Source: Macrostomum lignano (taxonomy: Eukaryota). Taken from it: a DNA stretch of 64,000 bases. The DNA lies in NCBI GenBank assembly GCA_002269645.1, contig NIVC01002022.1, forward strand, positions 62,001-126,000, read 5' to 3'. The notes under the pieces were generated by a model. It saw nothing but the letters and a program-made list of their open reading frames with translations. It ran no database searches and had not been told where the DNA came from. The translations under genes were made by a program, and so were the position numbers. Below, one piece after another: positions 34,466 to 44,837 of the stretch (positions are counted from its first letter, which is position 1; each line of letters starts with the position of its first letter).

Positions 34466-37176
34466 TCACGCAGTAGACAATTTGGTGAACTTGGCTATGA
34501 GCTGGGTGCAAATAATCAGAAGGCGCAGGACGTCAGCTTCTTCGCGAGCGCTGCTCTCGAACTCACGCCAGGCAGATTGAAGCTTCTCCTCTCGTCGCCT
34601 GTAAACTGGCCTCACTCGCCGTGCGACACCGACTGAAGCTTGCAGCTGTTGAGCTTGCAGGACTGCCAATGTCGATTGCTGCGCCAGAAGGTCTGCCAAA
34701 GCGTACAAATTCAGGTTGCCTTTCCTGGCTCGTCGATTGAGGGCCAGGTGCCAGCCCTCGACTGAATTGTTTGTGCGCTCCCTCTGCCTGTAGACAGATA
34801 GTTTGTCCAGACTCCAGATACTGCTTGACAGCCATGTCTGCTCCACGTAGCGACACAGCCGCACTAATGCCTCGGAGTTTGCTGAATCCACCAGAGTTCC
34901 GAATGCAGTATAGATATGCGGCGCTGGCAGGTAGATGAGAGCCATCAGCTTCTTGCAAAAAAGCTGTGTCTCCTTATCGGTTGTGTAGGTCGCGGAAAGG
35001 CCAAGGTCTTGAATTTTTCGAAAAATGCTCTGTGCGAAGTGAAATGAGCATCCCTGCAGCTGAGCGTCGGGGCAGGTTTGATGCAAAGCCTCGCACATAG
35101 CTGCTTCAAAGTCAAGCACAGCTGCCGTGGGTCGAGCTCCTGTCAGCTCGATCAGCCACTCAAGTACATGAACGTAGTCGTGTTTTGATTTTCCAGACAT
35201 AAGGATGAAGCACAGAGGTACCTGCTTTTCCTTTCCGTCTTGATGGATAAGACCGTGAACTAAAAATGTACAGGATTGGATTAGTATTTGGTATTAAACG
35301 TTTAGTATAGTTGGATTTAGTATTTACTAGTTTAGTATCAGTAGTAAGATTTAGTTATATAGATTAGTATTAAAGGATTTAAAGCAAATTAAAAAGTAAC
35401 TCACCGGAATAAAGCTGCATAAACGGATTTTTAACAACGTAGAATGTTCCATCCATGAACCATTGATTCATAGTAGTCAGAATCTCTAGTTGCTCATCAG
35501 TGGCAAACAACAAATGGCGCTTATGGGTTCTGGCCATGGTGATGTCCACTTTAAGAAAGTTGGAGGGGAGGGCCAGCTCTTGAAGTTCAAATCGAAGATC
35601 ATGTGGATGATGAGGCTGGCTTCCTGCGCGATATCGGTTAGCGTTTCTAGCCAGCTGCTCAACTGCTGGAAGATTAGCGCCCTGCTCACCTCGCAGTGCC
35701 TGTGCTATTAGGGCGCTTTCAGCAATCTCTGCCGCTGATTCAAATCGGCATCGCTTTGCTTCGTGTTTCACTTCCCATTGAATTTCTCTTTTGAGGCCGC
35801 CAGCCATGTTGGGCTCGCAGATGTGTTGTCGGCTTACGTGAAAAGCGCCATCAATTGTCTCTTTAACGGAGCCGTTACAGGTCAAAGCACCGTTTCGAAC
35901 CACGCATTTCCAGTATTTACACCCAGCTTTACCTCCATTTCTTCCCAGAATATAACCACGGGAAGATACAAGCAAATCGCCGCCACGTTCGCTTACGCCC
36001 CGCTTTAGTTGAAACTGCTCTGGCTCCACGTGCATTACTTGAGCAGGAAGAGCTGTCGGTAGCGCGGCGAAAGCTGCTGGTGGATCGGCAAAAGCTGGCA
36101 GATCGGCGAAAGCTGCTGGTGGATCGGCAAAGGCTGCAGGCAGATCGGCGGGAGCTGCTGGTGGCTCGGCGAAAGCTGCTGGTGGATCGGCAAAGGCTGC
36201 AGGCAGATCGGCGGGAGCTGCTGGTGGCTCGGCGAAAGCTGCTGGTGGATCGGCAAAGGCTGCAGGCAGATCGGCGGGAGCTGCTGGTGGCTCGGCGAAA
36301 GCTGCTGGTGGATCGGCAAAGGCTGCAGGCAGATCGGCGGGAGCTGCTGGTGGCTCGGCGAAAGCTGCTGGTGGATCGGCAAAGGCTGCAGGCAGATCGG
36401 CGGGAGCTGCTGGTGGCTCGGCGAAAGCTGCTGGCGGATCGGCAAAGGCTGCAGGCAGATCGGCGGGAGCTGCTGGTGGCTCGGCGAAAGCTGCTGGTGG
36501 ATCGGCAAAGGCTGCAGGCAGATCGGCGGGAGCTGCTGGTGGCTCGGCGAAAGCTGCTGGCGGATCGGCAAAGGCTGCAGGCAGATCGGCGGGAGCTGCT
36601 GGTGGCTCGGCGAAAGCTGCTGGTGGATCGGCAAAGGCTGCAGGCAGATCGGCGGGAGCTGCTGGTGGCTCGGCGAAAGCTGCTGGTGGATCGGCAAAGG
36701 CTGCAGGCAGATCGGCGGGAGCTGCTGGTGGCTCGGCGAAAGCTGCTGGCGGATCGGCTGAACCCAGATCAGAAAACTGGCTTGTGCCAACCTTACCAGT
36801 ACCATTGAGCGTCTGCGTCTGTGTGTGAAAAATTTGTTATCGCTTTGTTATCACTACGAGATTTACATCAAGCTTAAACTTTGCAGCATGACCGAAAATA
36901 TCAACAATTACATGTACCATAGCATAGCATGTAAACAGTAATTCATATATAATAGAATCCTTTATACTACAGTAGCTGCTGCCAGTCTCTTACCTCATTT
37001 TTTCCAGTGCACTTTGAGCATTGCCAATTAAAGGAATGTTCCATCAAAGCATGGTATTCCTTTTGGCTCAAACCAGTGCCGCAAAGAAGGTGCTGCCATA
37101 GCTGACAAGAATCGCACTGTAAAGCATGCTGCCGATAACTCACTTCTTTCTGGCATTCAATGCACATGTCAGTCAT
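34466..37176 (-). CDS. Intact Mutator-like (MULE) transposase with N-terminal PHD finger, 21-aa repeat linker and FLYWCH domain, 3 exons, 796 aa
   Basis: Exon 1 36994..37176 encodes the C4-H-C3 PHD (CIEC..CDSC..HLLC..WQCSKC) and ends GAG|GTAAGA. Exon 2 35405..36818 (an alternative in-frame acceptor is at 36812) is open through the repeat in the ADPPAAF frame and holds KYWKC..C..H-x-C plus WFMDGTF, ending G|GTGAGT. Exon 3 34466..35259 gives LYS-V-HG..VLDFEAA..GCSFHF..RTNNSVEGWH. The total of 2391 nt is 797 codons with no internal stop. Confidence 0.9.
36080..36760 (-). repeat. Coding minisatellite, 63-bp unit, about 10.5 copies, within the MULE gene exon 2
   Basis: GGATCGGCAAAGG recurs every 63 bp from 36121 to 36688 and encodes ADPPAAFAEPPAAPADLPAAF. 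Confidence 0.97.
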
Positions 37177-37661
37177 ATTTCAGTAGCGCACACACTATAT
37201 TAAATGTGTTTTTGTTATAATTATTAAAATGAATCCTTTAACACGTTGAATATTTAACTATCATCTTATTGAAATGATGTTCAAAACGATGGCTTTATTA
37301 AAACTGTATACAAAAACTTTAGCTGGGGTGGATGCGATGTAATGAAGAATTGAGTGGTAGGAGCAGGCCTAATTTCATTGGTTGCCGCAGCAGACGAGTA
37401 GGCAAAACGTTGCAAACCAATTCGTCTGCTGAGCAGACGAACTGGCGGCAGACGAATTGACTGGCACCCGGTTGGCTGCATACTAGGTGACAAACACAAT
37501 AGGTTGGCTGACCAAGGGGTGAAAGCGTGAAGCCAAAGGAATAGATAGGCCTAAGTCATAATGTGGAATCATGCAATGCTATTTGCTTAGTTTGTTATAC
37601 AAATTGGCAATATCCTACATGTACATTTTTTAAACATTAGTTTAATGTCAATAAAAACCCA

Positions 37662-38066
37662 TTGGCGATCTTCCAGTTTGTTTTGCAATATTATTTTTGA
37701 GTTTGAAATGGTGCATCAACGTAGTGAAACAATAGAAAATGGTAGGCCTAGTACTTAGCTAGCCAGTTGATAGTCGAGCAGGTATCATATGTTGCTTTGT
37801 ACATATCATACAGAGGAAAGGCCTAGATTGTTAGGTTCAGCAGTTCTGCTGCAGGCCATACCTCGTTTGGTGGCAGAATAAAATTTGGTGCTGCTGTTTG
37901 ACTAGCCATGTTAAAGAAATTCGTGTAAATACAAGAGCAAGAGTCTAAGTAAAGTCAGTGAAATCAAAATGTCTTTAACAGTGCTATTTCGCGCGTGTCA
38001 TTATATTGATGTACCATTTCAAACTCAAAAATAATATCGCGAAACAAACTGGAAGATTGCTGCCAA
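37662..38066. repeat. Foldback/MITE-like inverted repeat (about 58-bp arms)
   Basis: 37662..37719 is an imperfect reverse complement of 38006..38066 (core CCATTTCAAACTCAAAAATAATAT..AAACAAACTGGAAGAT). No TSD was found. Confidence 0.7.
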
Positions 38067-39189
38067 CCAGTTGGCCAAAGTTATTTGCATATAGCATTAT
38101 GAAATCTTGGTTTAGTAAAATATAGGGTTTATAAAATTTCAATGTTGTGAAATTTTGATGTTAGGCCTATAAAGTTTTGACCATAAAAAACTGTCTTGAA
38201 ATTATAAAATCAGTTTTATAGAATGACCCTAAAATTAGATTTTGGCATTGCCAGTTGTTATTGTTATGATAGCTATATAATATTATAAATAGAGTAGAGA
38301 TGGTTATTTTTATGGTCATCACAGAAAGTATTATCTAAATAAAGTGAAAAAATTGCTGTGCAAATAATAAAAGATAGTTAAATTAAAGAAATAAGTGTTA
38401 TTAATATATCTAGCTGTCTATAGTGATTCTTGTCATTGTTCCAACTTTAGCTAGCTTTTTTAGGTTTTTGTTAACTAATTAGTGTATATAAAATATATTT
38501 TCCAAGACCATAAAAATAGCTATTTTTCTTCTTAAGCATAATAACTATAAAAAAAGTTTTGCTATTTATACAGTTATGATTTTTATAGGTAGAGATATTA
38601 AGACTTAAGTTAAAACCTGAAGCCCAAATGCCAAATAGTGTCCTATGCATTGACCATCAAAGTAACAATTTTGCTATTTATATAGTCACTGTAATAATAA
38701 CAACTGCCTTAAATTTTAGTATATGTAATACATAGCTATACCATACTATAAACAATAAGGGTAATGCATTATCTATATAAGAAAAGAAGATAGTTATTAA
38801 AAACAATTTTTCAATTTTTATGCAAAAGGATAGCTATCTAATCTAGATATCAATCAGTATAGTATAGTATATATATATATTTGATATAACAGTTTTTTTC
38901 ATATATATACAAGCTGTTGAAACCCGCGGATTTTGAACCCGGGGAATTCCAATCCCGGAACTACTTTTGCATGTATTCTGAAATCTAAGGCCATACACAA
39001 ACAAAAACTTGTTAATAGTTCGTAGTATAGAGGTAGACATAAAATGGAGTACATTCGTGTAAAATTAGGATTTGAGGCAAACATTTGATATTGTTGGCTG
39101 GGGTATTGTGCAGAATGTCAGGCAATGTCTGTCTGACTCTAAAACATGTATTGGCAAACTCTGGCCTTTCCCTGACTCTCCCTATGTCC

Positions 39190-39768
39190 CTTGGATCCTT
39201 TAAAATTTCTATCGTCTCTTCTGTTTCCTCTCTTCTCTCTCGTCCCTCGTCTCTCCTCTCTCCCCTCTTCTTTCGTATCTTCCCTCATCTCTCTTCTCTT
39301 TCATTTCTCTTATCTGATCTCTTTTCTCTTCTTTTATCTCTACCCTCCTCTCTCCTCTCTCCTCTCTACTTTTTCGTTTTCTCTCTCCTCTCCTCTCTCC
39401 TCTCTCCCCCTCATCTCTCTTCTCTTCCTTCTCCTCTCTATTTTTTTCTCTCTTCTCTTAACTCTCTCCTCTACTCACTCATCTCTCCCCTCTTCTCTCG
39501 TATCTTCCCTCATCTCTCTTCTCTTTTATCTCTCTTATCTCATCTCTTGTCTCTTCGTTTCTCTCTCCTCTCCTTTCTCCTTTCTACTTTTTCATTTTCT
39601 CTCTCCTCTCCTCTCTCCTCTCTCCCCCTCTCCTCTCTCCTCTACTCTCTCATCTCTCCCCTCTTCTCTCGTCTCTTCCCTCACCTCTTTTCTCTCTCGT
39701 CTTTGCTCTCTCATCATTCCTTTCACTTCTTTTATCTCTTATCTCTTATCTCTTCTCATTTCTCTCTG

Positions 39769-39848
<80 letters not shown>

Positions 39849-40720
39849 GCTCTCTCCTGTCCTGTCCCATCTGTCTTCTTTCTAATATCTCCCCTCTTTC
39901 CTCTCCTCTCTCGTCCTTTCCGCCAATTTCCCCTGTCCTCTCGATTCTCTTCCCTCCCCTCCTCTCTCCTCACTCACTTCTCATCTCTCCCTTGTCTCCA
40001 CATCTCACCTCATTTCTTATCTATCTCTCCACTTTTCTCTCTACTCTCCCATCTCTCGTCTGTTCACTCTCGTTTCTGCTCTCTCATCTCCTTTCTCTCA
40101 TCTGTCATCTTTACTCTTATATGTTCTCTCCGGTGTAGTCTTCTCTTTCCCCTCTTCTGACTCCTCTCTTTCCTTACTTCTCTTCCCTCTCCTCTACTCT
40201 CTCCCTCTATTCTCTTCTCTCGTCTTTGCACTCTGCTCTCTCTTCCTTCATCTTTCATCTCTACTCTTTCAGCTTTCCTTTCATCTCTCTCATCTCTACA
40301 ATCTCATCTTTTTCCTCTATCCTCCTCTTCCCTTTACTCTATCATCTCTCCTTTCTCCTCTCTTCTTTCGCAACTCGATCTCATCTCTCTCCTCTCTTCT
40401 CACTCCTCTCTCCCCCTCTTATCTCCTCTCTTCTCTATCCTTTCTAATCGCTCCTCTCAATCCTCTCTCATCTCCTCTCTGTTCTCTCTTGTCTACTCAT
40501 CTCTACTCTCTTCTCACTCTTCTCTACCCTCCTCTCTAATTTCCTCTTTGTTCTCTCATGTCTACTCATGTCTACTCTCTTCTCACTCTTCTCTACCCTC
40601 CTCTCTCATCTCCTCTCTGTTCTCTCATGTCTACTCATCTCTACTCTCTTCTCACTCTTTTCTACCCTCCTCTCTCATCGATTCTGTCTCATCTCTTAAC
40701 TCTTCTTTTTCTCCTTTTCA
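39190..40720. repeat. About 1.5-kb polypyrimidine (CT-rich) low-complexity tract including pure (CT)n at about 39773..39840
   Basis: Almost purely C/T on the plus strand, with internal block duplications. Confidence 0.92.
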
Positions 40721-41099
40721 TTCTCATATGGCCCGCAGCCATGAGCTTGATTCTTTATCTGGCCTTTGACGTAAAAAATCTGCCGATCCCTGCTTCGAAA
40801 GCCAGTTTGTGGGACATAGTACTATCATGGTTTTTATCATTTCTCCTGCTTTAATCACGTCATTTTTCTGGTCAATTAGCAGCCCTGAGAGGAATTTGTA
40901 TATTTTCAGCTCCACCACAACAGTCTGCAGCAGTCTAACAACCATGGAAATACGCATTTCTTAGGAGGCCATTTAAATTTTAAAGTACCTTATGCGAATC
41001 TTAATGTTAAAATTTTCATGGTGTAAGTGTAACTAATTTAGTAGGATTGCATTGTAATCAGTTATTCATTAATTTTTCGATATTTTTACAAACCATGCC

Positions 41100-41914
41100 A
41101 CCCACCCACATCGCCTTGATTTGCCATCCTTGTTTAACTGCTGCAGACTTGTCTATTCAGAGGACAGTGGTTTGAAATTGAATCTCTCGCTAAACTCTCT
41201 CCTCTCCACGCCTCTCCACTCGCGGGGGTACAGAGAAGGCTATTATTAAAAAGTTATTCCAAAACACTGTACATTCGCTATGTACATTCAGTCCTATCGC
41301 CTGACCCTTCGTCTGGCTCTGGGGAAATGAGTGAGTGAGTGGCACAAACAACAGAAAAAGCAGACAAACTTCACATGCTTACAGTTTCCGTCCTGATTGA
41401 GATACAAAGTTGAGACTTTACATTTAGACAGAGAATGAGTCAATGAAGAATTATGTCAAGTTTGAAGTTAATCGCTTCACATGGAGCAAACTTATGGCAG
41501 CCGAAAGTTAGTCATTTTAAAACCTATTTACACCCTTTGCCCAAATCGGGAAAGAGAGACAGGCGGATGGAGGTTGAGGTGGCTGCCTCGCTGAAAAAAA
41601 CAGCCTAACTTTAAAAGTGCACAGCACCGCTCAGGATTAACTTTGAGACTCGAAATTTTACATGATTGTGCCAAAATAGTTTAAGATTATCTGTGTCAAA
41701 TTTGAAGAGAATCGGTAGAAGTGGAGCGGCGCTATGGAGGATTTAGTAAAAAATCGCGCATTTTGAGCAGTTTTTTGTACTTTTAGGTGGGAAGACTCAA
41801 ATTTAGGAAATTTAAAGGTAGCCTAAGACATTCTCCGTAGTAAGTTTAGGGTGGGTGTAAAGTTTGGTGTAATTTGGTTGAGCGGTTTGGGAGTCCATAG
41901 TGATCAAAATTGTC

Positions 41915-41946
<32 letters not shown>

Positions 41947-41968
41947 TTTGATTTTTATAGTTAGAGAT
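41100..41968 (+). mobile_element. Helentron/DINE-like non-autonomous element (3' part clearest)
   Basis: CAAATTTGAAGAGAATCGG, AAGTTTGGTGTAATTTGGTTGAGCGGTTTGGGAG, then (CA)n, then GATTTTTATAGTTAGAGAT. This is the typical ending of invertebrate Helentron-associated elements. A similar ending is at about 38575..38600. The left boundary is uncertain. Confidence 0.5.
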
Positions 41969-43607
41969 ATTATAGGCCTATCCTATTCTATATTGTTTGC
42001 ACTAGAAATTTAAGTTAGTTAGCTTATAAGCTTTAGTATAAGCTATGACCCAAAAATTTCTTTAGTATACAGTATCTTGACTCAAGACCTAACTATAGAT
42101 ATATATAACTATAGATATATAAAACAATCGCATAGCATAGCTAAAAGGCCATTGTATATGAGAATAATCTATAAAAATGTACTTTTAACTTGTGAATATT
42201 ACTGTATTAGGCTTATACTTTTTAAGCACTAAATCAAATTTTAATTATTTTCCTATAGACTAATTTCCTTTTATAGTCCGCTCCTAATAGTTCATATGTA
42301 TCCCACACTTTTCATGATTAATGTCATGATTTCATAATTAACTAATATTTTCTTATAGTTTGCATAGCATGGCAACATAGCATGGCTACAAGGCCATTCT
42401 ATATGTAAATATAAAATATATACTTTTAACTAGTAAGTATTAAATTTATAAGTCAATTCAGAGTCAATTTTGAAATTAAAACAATTGAACATTTTAGGAA
42501 CAGCAAATGCCATATCATTATCAGTGACAAAATAGATATTTTGGTCAAAAGACCATACATGTGCAATACCTAGTCAATCTGGCTGGCTAGCAAGGGGCAA
42601 AGTCAAGGTAAATTGCAAAAATGCCTACCCCAAAAAGCTAATATAGTACTAATTAGATGATAAGGCATTTACACTTGATAATAAAGTTACAGATACTCCT
42701 GCCATTTATCCAAAATCATGTTAATTTTGTTTCAAGGTTTTTTTCATAGGTAAGTTATATTTTTAGGTCAAAAAGTAAGTTGCATAGCAAGTTTAAGTCA
42801 GGGGAGGTTGTGCATATATGCATAAGTCCATAATAAAAATGTATAAAAAATGAAAAAAAATTATTACATTATAAGTAAAATTGTAATTAAAAATTACAAA
42901 AAATGTATTTTTATCTTATTATTAATAGATGATTTGGTAAATCAACTTGGCCTAGCACTTGGCTCTCCATTGCAGACAATGTCTAAACTGTGTAGTCAGA
43001 CCATGTCTGCACTTCTAAAGGCTCATATGTGTTAGATGCTATTTGCAATAATGTCCATAGGCTGCAATAGGTACTAGGCTTGTTGTAGCAATCAGTTGAA
43101 AAGGGAAAAAGGGGGGTATATGCTAGATGCTTAGTTTAATGACTTTTTGTGATAAGTGTAAATAGTTCATTCAACATTTTATTGTGAAAATATATTAGGT
43201 ATAACTTTGTAGCCTATACTACACAGATAGAGTAGGTCCCAGCATTACTGAGCATAAAAATGGCAAGTGCTACTAAGTGCAAAAGCCAAGCAAATATTCC
43301 CCAAAAGAGCTAGCATAGTATGCCACAGCTGAAATGTTATATTTCAATAAGAGCCTATAAGAACATATAAGGTCTATATACAAGTAGATTTTTTTATCAT
43401 TTGTATATTTAAAAAATTAACATATGTTATTAATTTGATAATATATTTTTATAATTGTATATTTACTTACCAATTATTAATTCAATCATGATTATTTCTG
43501 TTTTTGTTCACTGAAACACTATATATACACCAAGTCTAGATGTATAATGTAAATAAATAAATGCATGCTACTTATCATCAACACAGTGTGCCATCAGTTA
43601 TAACAAA

Positions 43608-44784
43608 ATGAAAGTTGTTGGTTTGGTTAGTGGTGGCAAAGATAGCTGCTACAATATGATTGAATGTGTCAGATCTGGTCACCAGATTGTTGCATTAGCT
43701 CATCTCTATCCACCTAGTGGAGCAGAAATGGATAGCTTTATGTATCAAACAGTTGGCAGCGAGGCTGTGGCACTCTATGCTAAAGCTACTGGTTTGCCAC
43801 TGTATACTCGGCCTATTGTGGGCGAGTCTAGGGATACTGGTTCTGCCGATCACTATGCTGTAAGTGCTCTGTCTGGCTTTAGAATTGTTTAATAACTGGA
43901 GTTTGCTTTAGTATTTTGTCTTTTACAGACTTAAATGCCTGCATTCTCTATACTGTGTCAATTTAAGTGTATTAATTTACCTCATCATATTCTTCATTAG
44001 TAAGCGCCATTTCCATATGGTCATTCAGTGACTGCCATCTCCCTAAGCTCATTCACTGAGTGCCATTTTCCTTAGGTCATTTAGTGAGTGCCATTTCCCT
44101 TAGGTCATTTAGTGAGTGCCATTTCCCTTGGGTCATTTAGTGAGTGCCATTTCCCTTAGATCATTTAGTGAGTGCCATTTCCCTTAGATCATTTAGTGAG
44201 TGCCATTTCTCTAAGGTCATTTAGTGAGTGCCATTTCCCTTGGGTCATTTAGTGAGTGCCATTTCCCTTGGGTCATTTAGTGAGTGCCATTTCCCTTAGG
44301 TCATTCAGTGAGTTCCATTTCCGTAAGGTCACTAACTTTAAAACACTTTGACAGTCCTCCAGCAATTCGGGCGACAGCGAGGACGAAGTCGAAGACCTCT
44401 ATAAACTCCTGGCCGAGGTGAAAGCCGGCATCCCTGGCCTTCAAGCCGTTTCAGTTGGGGCCATTCTGTCTAATTACCAGCGGGTCCGGGTTGAGTCCGT
44501 GTGCGAGCGGCTCGACCTGCAGGTGCTCGCCTTTCTGTGGCGTCGGGATCAGGTCTGCTTTTTTTCTGTTTTTCTCTGTTTTTCCTCAATTTTCTGTCTG
44601 TTTTGTTGTCTGTTTTTGTCTCTCTCTGCCAGTTAATATATATATGTTTGTGTGTATGTCTGTCTGTTTTTGCTTGTTTGTTTGTCTGTCTCTAGCTGTC
44701 TGCCTGTCTTTGTTTGTCGGTTTTTGTGTCCGTCTGTCTGTCTATCTGTCTGTCTTTCTGTATGTCTGTCTGCCTGTCTTTCTG

Positions 44785-44837
<53 letters not shown>

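Noticed and set aside
36035-36808. ORF-track proteins 36035..36805 (-) and 36080..36808 (+)
   Set aside because: These are alternative frames of the 63-bp repeat. Only the third minus frame joins the PHD exon to the FLYWCH/MULE domains.
39085-40854. Leu/Ser-rich ORFs up to 315 aa
   Set aside because: CT-rich DNA cannot encode stop codons, so these are compositional artefacts.
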